From an uncultured virus (IMG/VR IMGVR_UViG_3300037792_000004) (taxonomy: Duplodnaviria > Heunggongvirae > Uroviricota > Caudoviricetes): a stretch of DNA of 64,000 nt. The notes under the pieces were generated by a model. It ran no database searches. It worked only from the letters and a program-made list of their open reading frames with translations, and had not been told where the DNA came from. The stretch is from IMG/VR virus record IMGVR_UViG_3300037792_000004. One strand, written 5' to 3'. Position 1 is the stretch's first letter. Every line of letters begins with the position of its first letter. A program made the translations under genes and the position numbers. This document shows, in pieces, positions 46,003 through 55,192 of this stretch.

Positions 46003-46905
46003 TTATCCGTTCCGGCCTCCGCGCAGGTTCATGCGGGCGAACTCTCCGGCGAGCTGCGATCGGGACGCCCGGAAGCTCTGGATGTCCGGCGTTGCGATGT
46101 TCATGATGAACGTGTCGCCGGTCTGCTGGACCGGACCGGGTTGGCTTCTTGCCGTTTCGGTTTGCGTCAATCTCGGTGCTGAAAAAGCGGATGTCGTGAC
46201 CAGGCCGCCGTCCTGATAGCCACGAAGAGCGCCCTGACGCAGAGCTTCCAGGGTATTGACGCCGATCTTCCGGGTGGACTGAGCGTCAAAGACATATTCG
46301 TTCCGGTGCACCAACCCGGCGACCTCCGTGTCGCTCCCCCTGCCCGTTGAACCGCCACTATCGAAGGATCCGAACAATCCACCCAGAAAGCCGCCGGCCG
46401 CGCCAAGCGTCGGACGCGCTGTCCCAAAGAGCGCATTGGTGAGCGGATTGATTGCGGCAAGCTGCAGTCCGAGCTGCGAGACCTCCGTAATCACCGACCG
46501 TAACGCGCCGGTCAGATCCCCATCCGCCAACCGGGTCACAAGCGAGCGGATCGCCGTTTCCCCGGTCCGCTGCACCGCGCTCCAGGCACTCTGAAGCTCC
46601 TCAAGCGCCAGCGTTTCCTCCGCGATCGCCCGGGCATTGTCGCGCAGGCTTGCGGCCGTCCCCCGGCTGTGGCCGTCTATATCCGCCAGCGTGATCGTCA
46701 GCTCCGGAATGGTCCGGGCGAGCTCTCCGGCGGCCGCGCCGGTGTCTTTGAAGCCGCCCGCCACGCCGCCGAGCTGTTCTTGTTGCGCGGTCAGAACGTC
46801 CGTTCCGGTCTCGCCAAGACCGGCAATCGCTTTTTGAGCATCCTTGGCCCCATCCACCACGCCCGTGGCATCCAGCGTTGCCAGCATGGTCAGCTTCAAG
46901 GTCAT
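46003..46905 (-). CDS. Short tail tape measure protein (300 aa)
   Basis: Start MTLKLTML; AGLVHRNEYVF and NIATPDIQSFRASRSQ C-terminal motifs; directly before the g12-like gene. Confidence 0.8.
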   Translation of the reverse strand: MTLKLTMLATLDATGVVDGAKDAQKAIAGLGETGTDVLTAQQEQLGGVAGGFKDTGAAAGELARTIPELTITLADIDGHSRGTAASLRDNARAIAEETLALEELQSAWSAVQRTGETAIRSLVTRLADGDLTGALRSVITEVSQLGLQLAAINPLTNALFGTARPTLGAAGGFLGGLFGSFDSGGSTGRGSDTEVAGLVHRNEYVFDAQSTRKIGVNTLEALRQGALRGYQDGGLVTTSAFSAPRLTQTETARSQPGPVQQTGDTFIMNIATPDIQSFRASRSQLAGEFARMNLRGGRNG

Positions 46906-47055
46906 CCACCGTCCTTTTTCTTCCGCGCCGCCCCGGACCCGATCCGGGGCCTGCCCCGAACCACGATCCGGGGGCACTCAGGGGCTCTTCGAAACACTCG
47001 GCCCTCGGGCGCTCGTCTCCGGCGTTGCGCAGTGTCGCGCGCGCGCGGCCCGTCC

Positions 47056-47076
47056 AACACCCGGGCGGGTGCACGG
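47056..47076 (-). promoter_or_regulatory. Putative late promoter motif of prophage B upstream of TMP
   Basis: CCGTGCACCCGCCCGGGTGTT + 19 nt + GACACT; 19/21 identical to 60675-60695. Confidence 0.7.
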
Positions 47077-47224
47077 GGGATTGGGAAGGGTTGGTTTAGC
47101 GCGGGGCGGGCGGTGATGCCGGTCCCTTGGGGTGGGGGAACTGGGAGGGGGATTCGGCAGGGGTGGTAGGTGACGCGAATCGTGCGTATATGCAACCGGA
47201 GCTACAGCGTACGTTTAACTCATT

Positions 47225-48637
47225 TTGCGTGTGCCTACTGCAACAGAACGGATAGAGAGAGGTTTCAGCCGCTTCATGGAATGGTTCAGCCAGTCCTTCA
47301 ACAACCGGGAAATTGCTTCAGCGATCTGGTTGGCTATCGGGGCGGTGTTTTTTGTCCCGTACTTATTGCCGACAGCCGATTTGAAGAGATTGGTCTTCGA
47401 GTTATTGAAGGCTCTTTTCCAGCCAAGACTGGTAGTCTTGTTTGGTGCCTACGCTCTTTGGGTCACGCTAGGGGCCTATCTACTGTCCCTTGTAGGTTTA
47501 TGGACCGCATTTGAGCTTAAAAACACCATCATGTGGTTCTTGTTTTCCGGTGCGGGCTTGCTTGCCAGAGCTATACAGCACGACGGTGATGCCTCGTTCT
47601 TTGGTGAAATTATTCGCGATCAATTTCGGATTTTGGCCGTCTTTGAGTTTGTTGTGGTTGCCTACTCGTTTGCGCTTTGGCTGGAGCTATTGCTCGTTCC
47701 CTTCGTGACATTGCTGACCGGTTTACAGTTTGTCGCCGAACGGGAGGAAAAGTTTGCTCCGGTGAAGAGGCTCATTGACGGGATATTGCTCGGCATAGCT
47801 GTGATGGCTATTTGGCATTTCGTTGCATCTGTAATGGAAAATACAGGCACTTTCTTTTCTTTGCAGACCATGCGCGATGTGTTGCTGCCGATCCTGCTAA
47901 GCGCGTTCTCGATACCAATATATTATTTGACGTATTGTTATTCGCGTTGGGAAAATGCAGTAATCCGGATTGGATTGAAGACCTATCAATCTGACGTATT
48001 GAAAGAACAAGCCAAAGCTACTTTCTGTCGGAATCTCTTTCTTCAACCAGTGTTATTGGACCGGGCGGTTCGCCAGTTTCAAACCCTGCCTGCCAAAAAC
48101 AAACCAGATCTCGATGAGATCGTTGCCGAGATTAGGCAGTACGAGCGCCTGAAGGCATCACCACCCACAGTACCGGCAGAAAAAGGATGGTGTCCCTACA
48201 AAGCTGAACAATTCCTGACGGAACAGGAATTGGAAACGTCGGACTACCATAGCACAGGTTTTGACGAAAAATGGTTTGCAGAATCCAGTTCCAAATACAT
48301 TTCTGACACCTTCCCGCGAGAAAAGCTGACGTATAGCCTCCACGGAAAAAAAGGCGCTGCCAACGCGCTAAAACTTAGGGGCAGCTTCCAGATTACACCG
48401 CATCCAACGACAGGGTTGTCCGCGCTTCAAGATGCAGCGGCAACATTGGCTAAAAATGCCATTGGCGTTGAAGACCTGCCAGGCCTAATAGTCTCCGCGA
48501 TTCGTGAAGCATCGGATGCCGAAACGTTTGTTGATCGCCATGTCCTGTCTGTGGCTGCATCGCGTTTTGGCGAAGCGAATATCCTTGATATGGAATTTTC
48601 TATCCGCCCGCAAAAGCGTGGCAGAAATGGAAACTGA
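47225..48637 (+). CDS. Multi-pass membrane protein with soluble C-terminal domain (island gene)
   Basis: About 7 hydrophobic segments then about 230 aa soluble; true start may be the ATG of MEWFSQ. Confidence 0.75.
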   Translation: MRVPTATERIERGFSRFMEWFSQSFNNREIASAIWLAIGAVFFVPYLLPTADLKRLVFELLKALFQPRLVVLFGAYALWVTLGAYLLSLVGLWTAFELKNTIMWFLFSGAGLLARAIQHDGDASFFGEIIRDQFRILAVFEFVVVAYSFALWLELLLVPFVTLLTGLQFVAEREEKFAPVKRLIDGILLGIAVMAIWHFVASVMENTGTFFSLQTMRDVLLPILLSAFSIPIYYLTYCYSRWENAVIRIGLKTYQSDVLKEQAKATFCRNLFLQPVLLDRAVRQFQTLPAKNKPDLDEIVAEIRQYERLKASPPTVPAEKGWCPYKAEQFLTEQELETSDYHSTGFDEKWFAESSSKYISDTFPREKLTYSLHGKKGAANALKLRGSFQITPHPTTGLSALQDAAATLAKNAIGVEDLPGLIVSAIREASDAETFVDRHVLSVAASRFGEANILDMEFSIRPQKRGRNGN

Positions 48638-48729
48638 AATATCAATCTTGAATTCAAATCATTTCCCGATCAGCCCGGCAGCTCGGCCGAGTTTGCAGCC
48701 TTCATTTGTAACTTAAACGGGGCAAAGAC

Positions 48730-49704
48730 ATGAACCTAACGCTCGATCAATGTGATGCGCTCGATCGTGAAATTGACAGTTTGAATGGAAAAACAGAACT
48801 TCGCATACGCGATGTGGAAGAAACATTTGGCAAAGTCTTGAACGTGCTCCTTGTACAGGAGGGGTTTGGCCGCATAAATACGCCTCGTAGTTCCGATGGA
48901 GGTGTCGACTTCATTTGGGAAAGAAACGCTTCAGGCGATCCACTGGATTCGGAGAAATGTGGCGTCACTATCAAGTATTATCGAAACAAAGTTGGCATAT
49001 CAGAGCTCCAGAAACTGCTTGCAGTTTCGGTTCTAGGCAGTTTCAACCGAGCCCTTTTAGTCAGCAACTCCGAATTCACGCAAAAAGCACACGATCTGGT
49101 CAACCGAGAGCTTCCGGTCAAGGTTGAGTTGGTAGGGCTTTCCGATTTAAAAAATTGGGTCGCGCGGTTTCGGAATAATGAGCCCGATATTGAAACGGAA
49201 GTCCGAATAATAATGCGAGATCTAAGCGAAATTCTCGCGCGCATGATTGCTCGGGATAAAAGTACGCTTGTTCATTTGGAATGGCGCGATGTCGAGCGGG
49301 TTGTAGCAGAAGTTTTTGATGGCTTGGGATTTCGAGTTGCCTTGACCCCAGGGTCGAAGGACGGTGGCAAGGATGTGGTAGTCACTTGTTTTGCCGAGGG
49401 GCGCGAAGCCGAGTATTATATCGAAATCAAGCATTGGCGATCATCGACAAAGGTTGGTTCTGGTGCGGTTGAAAAGCTCCTAAAAGTGATTGTCGAAGAG
49501 AAGAAGGATGGGGGGATGTTTCTGTCCACATACGGCTTCACTTGCAATGCATTCGAGCAGTTGACCACGATTGACAGGCAAAAATTATGTTTCGGCGATC
49601 AGGAGCGGATCGCGACTTTCTGCAAGACATATGTGAAAGCAAAGGCAGGCCTCTGGTCTCCACCTGAAAACTTGGGAGAGGTATTATTTGACAAGAAAAA
49701 CTGA
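48730..49704 (+). CDS. Mrr-like restriction endonuclease with two tandem Mrr catalytic domains
   Basis: TPRSSDGGVDF...TIKYY and TPGSKDGGKDV...IEIKHW; each followed by a typical S(N/T)xxFT motif. Confidence 0.85.
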   Translation: MNLTLDQCDALDREIDSLNGKTELRIRDVEETFGKVLNVLLVQEGFGRINTPRSSDGGVDFIWERNASGDPLDSEKCGVTIKYYRNKVGISELQKLLAVSVLGSFNRALLVSNSEFTQKAHDLVNRELPVKVELVGLSDLKNWVARFRNNEPDIETEVRIIMRDLSEILARMIARDKSTLVHLEWRDVERVVAEVFDGLGFRVALTPGSKDGGKDVVVTCFAEGREAEYYIEIKHWRSSTKVGSGAVEKLLKVIVEEKKDGGMFLSTYGFTCNAFEQLTTIDRQKLCFGDQERIATFCKTYVKAKAGLWSPPENLGEVLFDKKN

Positions 49705-49765
49705 AGCGGAGGCTTCCGTAAAACAGTGACGAGTTCTAATTCTACTGATGCATCAGCGCTTAGAA

Positions 49766-52144
49766 TTATTCGTCATTTGCGCCGTACTGGTGTTTCCGGA
49801 GCTCAAGAGACTCTTGCGCGCGTTCGCGTTCGTGGACCTCGGCAACTTTGAGGCTTTCAATGTGCCGTTCAGCGAATTCTCGCACATTTAAATCTTCATT
49901 ATACAACCAGTCTTGCAGTTCAACTGCCTTTCGAGCATAGGCGTCCGCAATTCCAAATTCCCCGGAGACGACACCTGTCGACGTTAATACAGAGAATACG
50001 TCAGACATCAGTTTTTCGTCTGAAGAATGTGTTGCAACTACTTCTCGGCAAACATTGTGCAAGAACGGCTGACCGTGGTAATTTTTTAGAATGTCGAGAG
50101 AAAATTTTGCATGTGATTTCTCGCCAGTTCTCACCAGAGCAATGAGTTCACGTTCCAATTCCTCACCAAAATTTGGGTAGACATTGGCGATTAGGCGTCC
50201 ACCGCGAAACTGAAACAAAACATCTTTTTCATCATACCATGAGCGCACAGTGCTCACGATAAGCTTTGCGTTTTTCGAAAGTGGTTCTATCAATTCATGG
50301 AAATCGAACGGAATTGCTTCACAATCATCCAAACATTCTTCCGAGATAATACGCTGCCTGAAAAAGTCGAGGACCAAATCCGGTCGCAATTCCGCGACTG
50401 GTTTGAGAAGTTCCTCGGCCGTATTGTCAATCCGCTGGACACATAACAAAGCCTCTATCAGCACCATCAGTTTGTCTTCAGGCAGCTCCTCAGTTATTTT
50501 TTGGAGACGACGAACGTCCCAGATGAATTTCACCCAGTCTTTGCTTTGCAAGTCGGTCAATCGCCTTAACACAGGCACAAACAGACGATCTACGGCGACA
50601 CCGGGATCGCTTTCATATATGTGGCTGCCGACTTCCAGCAGCAGTGACAAGATATATTCGTTTTTATTTGCGAACGCTTGCTCAAGAACAATTTCCAACA
50701 GCTCAATATCGAGCTGCTGATCGCCAAGAAAGAGCTTGGCAATTGCTTCAAGTTCCAAACCCTCATCAGCGCGTTGCTTCAGCAGCGTCTGACAATCATT
50801 CCTATATGTCGTTTGAAGGAGGCCTCGGTAGATTGGGATAGTGAATTTTTCGACCTGCTCAAGATGATTGCCAACGAGTTCAAAAGCGAGGTTAGGCTTT
50901 AATTCCGCCAGTTCTCGCAAGAATCCAAAGAAAATCGGAAACGTAGCCAAGTCGGTGGACTCGGTCTTGCAAAATTCAAGGATCCTCTCTTTCCAGGTGG
51001 CCCAATTCTCTTCGCTCACTTCGTGTGCGAATTCGGATGAATTTTGCTGGCGCTCACCCTCGACCTTAGCGAAGTCTGTTTCTGTAGAAAGGGACTCTTC
51101 CCAATCCTCGAACACGCTCTCAAACCCGATGAGAACCCGATAAATCTGATATTCTGGATTTTCGTAAAGGGTATCGCGTATTTCTAGGCAAGACTGCCTG
51201 ATCGCGTCAGATATACCGTGATAATAGCGCCAATAGACGTCGTGTTCAGTTTTTTGAAGCACGGGAAAGCGCTCCTCGGGGATCTTGCCTTTAATCCAAT
51301 CAAGAACATCCAAACCGTTCTCGACGATTACTTCTTTAAGATCATCTCCACACTCACCTCTAGAGGGAACATCCATTGAAGCCATCATTAAGCGAATAAG
51401 TGATATTTTCTCCGAAATGGATCGGTCTGCATGATAGATGCTTTTTAAGAAGTTTACCGTCCGGTTCCGGACGTCAATCGTTTGATCGCAAACTGGAAGC
51501 GCTCTGCTGGACCATGTGACGCTCTTGTAATCCCAGGATGTTCCTTCCAACGATGGAGAAAGGAGTTCCTCACAAAGACATTGAACAGCTTCAATGTGCC
51601 CGTGCATGAACTCGGTCTGGTTCTTTTCCAAATAAGCCAATATTTCAAGCTGTGGCGAGGCCCCTAAACCAGGCCGACCTTCGCCTCCATAGAATACTTG
51701 GATATCGTAAGACGCACACTTTCTCAGGGCCTCGAGAGCGGCTCTGACCACTGTTTCATCGGTATCCTCGCAATACCGAATGAATATGTCTACAACTGCC
51801 GGCGTATCGAAGTAGCGAAAGAGCTGAACAAGTTCCAACGTCTCCTTGGTGAGATAAGTTTGTGCTTCTACAGGCGATGTTGGGTCATATTCTGTAACGC
51901 TGTTTATGAATACAGGCCCCCGCAGCTTCTCAAGAAACTTTGATAAGGTGGGGATCAGGTGATCAGCAACCCTATGCCCGTAAACAGTCAGTTCCTCCAA
52001 GACAGATTCCAATTGATGATAATCTGTGCTTTCAGTCAGAATTACTGCGGCTTTCTGAAACTCGTTTTTGAGCGCCAAGGAGGCCTTATCGCTTTGTGAC
52101 CGGCTGAGTTGCTTCAGTATTTTGAGCTTGTCATCCCGCGCCAT
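49766..52144 (-). CDS. Large alpha-helical (HEAT/ARM-like) protein, unknown function
   Basis: 792 aa, Leu/Glu-rich, no Walker motifs seen; starts 2 nt after the upstream nuclease stop. Confidence 0.75.
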   Translation of the reverse strand: MARDDKLKILKQLSRSQSDKASLALKNEFQKAAVILTESTDYHQLESVLEELTVYGHRVADHLIPTLSKFLEKLRGPVFINSVTEYDPTSPVEAQTYLTKETLELVQLFRYFDTPAVVDIFIRYCEDTDETVVRAALEALRKCASYDIQVFYGGEGRPGLGASPQLEILAYLEKNQTEFMHGHIEAVQCLCEELLSPSLEGTSWDYKSVTWSSRALPVCDQTIDVRNRTVNFLKSIYHADRSISEKISLIRLMMASMDVPSRGECGDDLKEVIVENGLDVLDWIKGKIPEERFPVLQKTEHDVYWRYYHGISDAIRQSCLEIRDTLYENPEYQIYRVLIGFESVFEDWEESLSTETDFAKVEGERQQNSSEFAHEVSEENWATWKERILEFCKTESTDLATFPIFFGFLRELAELKPNLAFELVGNHLEQVEKFTIPIYRGLLQTTYRNDCQTLLKQRADEGLELEAIAKLFLGDQQLDIELLEIVLEQAFANKNEYILSLLLEVGSHIYESDPGVAVDRLFVPVLRRLTDLQSKDWVKFIWDVRRLQKITEELPEDKLMVLIEALLCVQRIDNTAEELLKPVAELRPDLVLDFFRQRIISEECLDDCEAIPFDFHELIEPLSKNAKLIVSTVRSWYDEKDVLFQFRGGRLIANVYPNFGEELERELIALVRTGEKSHAKFSLDILKNYHGQPFLHNVCREVVATHSSDEKLMSDVFSVLTSTGVVSGEFGIADAYARKAVELQDWLYNEDLNVREFAERHIESLKVAEVHERERAQESLELRKHQYGANDE

Positions 52145-52146
52145 AG

Positions 52147-52989
52147 CTAGAGGGCCTCCAGTTTTGCAAGGAATTGGTCAGCGTATGCCTCGGCGGCTTC
52201 GCTGCAGATTGCTATATTCAGCGGAAGAATGTGTGATGCGGTTACTTTTATGAGACCCATCTGAGCAAGACGTTCAACGTTTGCAGCAATGGCAGATACG
52301 TCCAAACCACACTCAGCGATCAAGTCATTAAGCTGTTCTTTTGACATAGGATCGAGCCACATGCTGTATCCTAGGATGCGGCGCCTTATCTCACGGTCGC
52401 CGGCTTCAATGTCGTCCAATACCTGTTCAAGCGACGGTTGGTTTGTTAGGGTTTCTACCGGCGCTTCCAATGGTGGTTTCCGGCTTTTGTGGTCGGCAAC
52501 AATTCGCTCAAATTGGTCAATAACAGCATCGTCGAATTCATGATCTTGCGAGCTCAGTTTGCATATTTTTCTTAGACGATGAGGAGAAAGCTCCATCGCC
52601 ATATTCAGCAAATCATTTCTGCACCAAGCACGTATTTCAATGCCAGGGTGTTTTTCGCGTAGATCTCCCAGAAGTACGTTGCAAGTAGTCCATAGTTCGC
52701 GCTGATTGAAGACAAATACCCATTTTAACATGCGGTTGCCAAAATGTTTTACGGCACCATGAAAGTCTTCATTAATTTTCTTCGCTGTATCTGCAGGATT
52801 AGGTTTCTCCGGTCCGTAACACTGGAATACAGTTTGTTCCGTTACATGATAACCGTCACATTTATGGTCACCATGCCGCCCTTGAGGTTTCCAGCTTTCG
52901 AAATCCTCTCCCCATCTCTCCTTAGCAAGTTCGATAAAGAAATCCTCAAAACCCTGCATCGTTTTTTCGCGCAGGAGATCCGCAATCAA
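52147..52989 (-). CDS. Putative PD-(D/E)xK nuclease effector (ABC-three-component / Lamassu LmuA-like N-terminus) with possible C-terminal wHTH
   Basis: FEDFF...KPQGRHGDHKCDGY...FQCYGPE motif. Confidence 0.65.
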   Translation of the reverse strand: MIADLLREKTMQGFEDFFIELAKERWGEDFESWKPQGRHGDHKCDGYHVTEQTVFQCYGPEKPNPADTAKKINEDFHGAVKHFGNRMLKWVFVFNQRELWTTCNVLLGDLREKHPGIEIRAWCRNDLLNMAMELSPHRLRKICKLSSQDHEFDDAVIDQFERIVADHKSRKPPLEAPVETLTNQPSLEQVLDDIEAGDREIRRRILGYSMWLDPMSKEQLNDLIAECGLDVSAIAANVERLAQMGLIKVTASHILPLNIAICSEAAEAYADQFLAKLEAL

Positions 52990-53156
52990 GAGAGCTTCTA
53001 AGGGATAAGCCAGGGCGAAACACCGAGTCGTTCACAATTGTCTGCAACTTAGCTCAAAAATCTTCAAAAAATCAAAAAAGTACAGTGCCGCTAATTCTCG
53101 GAACTTCACGACATCTGATCAAAGGGCCTGTCACCGGCCGCCGAGTATCGGCATGG

Positions 53157-53258
53157 ATCACCGGATCAAGTCCGGTGATGACGGCAGTGGGTATGGGGGC
53201 GTCGGTTTTTAATCTCCAAGGCTCTGGAAATGATTGGATCCCCGATCAAGTCGGGGAT
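53157..53258. repeat. Two REP-like palindromes (GTCAT-type on the minus strand)
   Basis: ATCACCGGA-TCAAG-TCCGGTGAT (53157-53179) and ATCCCCGA-TCAAG-TCGGGGAT (53238-53258); relatives at 46930, 56258, 59158. Confidence 0.75.
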
Positions 53259-53262
53259 GACA

Positions 53263-53430
53263 TCAGAGGGGGGACCCAAGGACGTGCCTTGACCGGCAGC
53301 TGCAGTAACACCCGCAAAACCGCATCAAACAGTGAGAACCGATCCCGGCAATGGCTCGGCCAGCCTCCCGGGCGCCGCTTTCGACGCCCGAGGCATCCAA
53401 CCGGGCCAGCATTTGCAGGTTCAAGGTCAT
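53263..53430 (-). pseudogene. Truncated tape-measure 5' stub
   Basis: MTLNLQMLARLDASGVESGAREAGRAIAGIG is 20/31 identical to the N-terminus of the TMP at 46905; it then diverges and stops after 55 aa. Confidence 0.8.
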
Positions 53431-53461
53431 GCCCGCATCGTCGCGCGCGGGCGAGGGTCAA

Positions 53462-53482
53462 GCTATCCGGGTGGATGCGTGG
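53462..53482 (-). promoter_or_regulatory. Diverged copy of the prophage B late promoter motif
   Basis: CCACGCATCCACCCGGATAGC + 19 nt + GACGAT, 6 nt before the stub ATG. Confidence 0.6.
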
Positions 53483-53726
53483 GATGCGAGAAGCAGGCAA
53501 CCTGGACCAAACCAAGTCTGTATCCAATTCGCCTAGTTGCCGATTGAGTAGTCGTTTGCGTAGCGAACCGATCCAATTTCGGCGCACCAAACGAGTTGGA
53601 CAGATTTCATAATCGCCAGAACCAGTGGGTCAACTTAAATCAAGTCTGTATCTGCCGTGAGTTTATTCAAATTAGGATCAGGTTCTTTGGGGATCGCGGT
53701 TTATAAAAATCGAACCAGATTCGATA

Positions 53727-54374
53727 TTAACGGGCCCAAAAATACAGTGTAGTTATCACGGTGGGCGGCACCATGATCGAGATCAACATTATTGACCAAC
53801 AATCAAACCAATATTTTATTGGCTGATAAAATGAATATATGTAATCACCAGCATGTTTGCCGATGTTTATTCTGAAAGTACGATAATCAGTCTCTGAATG
53901 GTTATCTGCGAAATCATGGACCAACTCATTGTAACTTTTGACTGCATCTGCGACGTCTTCTTTGGAAAGGCGACTGATACGTCGGGCAAACTCAAGTTCA
54001 TCTCGTAATCTTTGTATTCCCTGTGCGCATCGTAAGAACAGTTCTGCCTTAAGATCATGCTTCTTACCCTGCTCAAGAACTGAAAAAGCAATAATGAATG
54101 CAGACATTACCATGTTGGCGATTATGAGGTGTTGTTCGAGGTTTCCGAACGCGCTCAAATCGTAGATAGCCAGAATTGTGCTAGTAGTGAAAACGTACAT
54201 TGAGAGCGCAATAATGGACCAAATAGATGCAGTAGCGCGCCTTTGATGCCTTCTTGCGGCCTGGTATCTGGCACCCTTTGTAAGGTGCATTCTATACAGC
54301 AGAGTGTCGACGTATTCATCAAGCTCAGCCTCGCTCGGCTCTGGGGTGCTTTTCACAACCTCAGCTACAGTCAT
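53727..54374 (-). CDS. SLATT domain membrane effector (SLATT_5-like)
   Basis: TKGARYQAARRH followed by two TM helices, ADNHSETDY, C-terminal TM; AT-rich. Confidence 0.8.
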   Translation of the reverse strand: MTVAEVVKSTPEPSEAELDEYVDTLLYRMHLTKGARYQAARRHQRRATASIWSIIALSMYVFTTSTILAIYDLSAFGNLEQHLIIANMVMSAFIIAFSVLEQGKKHDLKAELFLRCAQGIQRLRDELEFARRISRLSKEDVADAVKSYNELVHDFADNHSETDYRTFRINIGKHAGDYIYSFYQPIKYWFDCWSIMLISIMVPPTVITTLYFWAR

Positions 54375-54465
54375 ATGCGACTTCCCCGCGTTATTTCCTG
54401 AACCACACCAGAATATTGATGAATAATTTTAATGTATCAAGATATCATTTCTGGATACGTCCGCT

Positions 54466-54837
54466 TCACCTATTCAAAACCTCCAGCGCCGCCGCTTCCA
54501 TAACCCGCAGCTCCCCCAAAAGCCGCTGCCAGGCCCGTCGGTTCCGGCCCCGGAACGCCGCCGCCGCCGCCGCATAATCCAGCCCGCACCAGATCAGCCC
54601 GCCCGCCCCGGCGACCACCCGCCACTGGGTTTCCAGCGCCACAAAGGCCGTGACCGCACGCCAGTTGACACGCGGGACGTCGAAGAACTCTAGGTCTGTT
54701 GGATAAGTGTCCGGCACTTTGAGGCCGAGCGCCCGGAACTCATCGGCAGTGTCCGTGTCCAGTTCGGCTGGTTTTTCGGGATCGGACAGGCCGCGCCACG
54801 CATGCGCCCAGGCGCGGGCAGCCTCCTTCAGTTTTTT
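54466..54837 (-). CDS. -1 frameshift extension of tail chaperone (DUF1799-like)
   Basis: KKLKEAARAW...NWRAVTAFVALETQWR...GLDY...LRVMEAAAL, entered through A AAA AAC. Confidence 0.82.
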   Translation of the reverse strand, partial: KKLKEAARAWAHAWRGLSDPEKPAELDTDTADEFRALGLKVPDTYPTDLEFFDVPRVNWRAVTAFVALETQWRVVAGAGGLIWCGLDYAAAAAAFRGRNRRAWQRLLGELRVMEAAALEVLNR

Positions 54838-55184
54838 GCCCTTGCACCGTGACCATTTGGGGCTGCCTGGCCGTTCAAGGCTGACAGATAGGCCCGGTAA
54901 ACAGCGATCCGGAAATGCTGATAGGGAAGGCACTTCCTGAGCGCTTCGCCGCTGAAAGGGGCCGGATTGCCGTCCTCATCATGGACATTGCGCCAATCGG
55001 TCAAGATCGTTGAGATCAGCTGCTCCTGGCCCTCAGATTCCAGTTCGGCCAGCTGTTCGTGGCTGGTCATCAGGAACTTGCCCTCAAAGTCCTGCTGGCA
55101 GAGTTCGCCGGGCCTGTCCGGGTCGGGCAGGGAAACCGTGACCGGCCACCAAAACGAATAAGGATCGCAGATCTGGAAATGCAT
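54828..55184 (-). CDS. Tail assembly chaperone
   Basis: FWWPVTV...DWRNVHDEDGNPAPFS...RAKN stop; follows the tail tube. Confidence 0.85.
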   Translation of the reverse strand: MHFQICDPYSFWWPVTVSLPDPDRPGELCQQDFEGKFLMTSHEQLAELESEGQEQLISTILTDWRNVHDEDGNPAPFSGEALRKCLPYQHFRIAVYRAYLSALNGQAAPNGHGARAKN

Positions 55185-55192
55185 GATGGTTC

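Noticed and set aside
53085..53612. ORFs of 175 aa (+) and 114 aa (-)
   Set aside because: They run across REP-like palindromes, the promoter motif and the TMP stub; no protein features.
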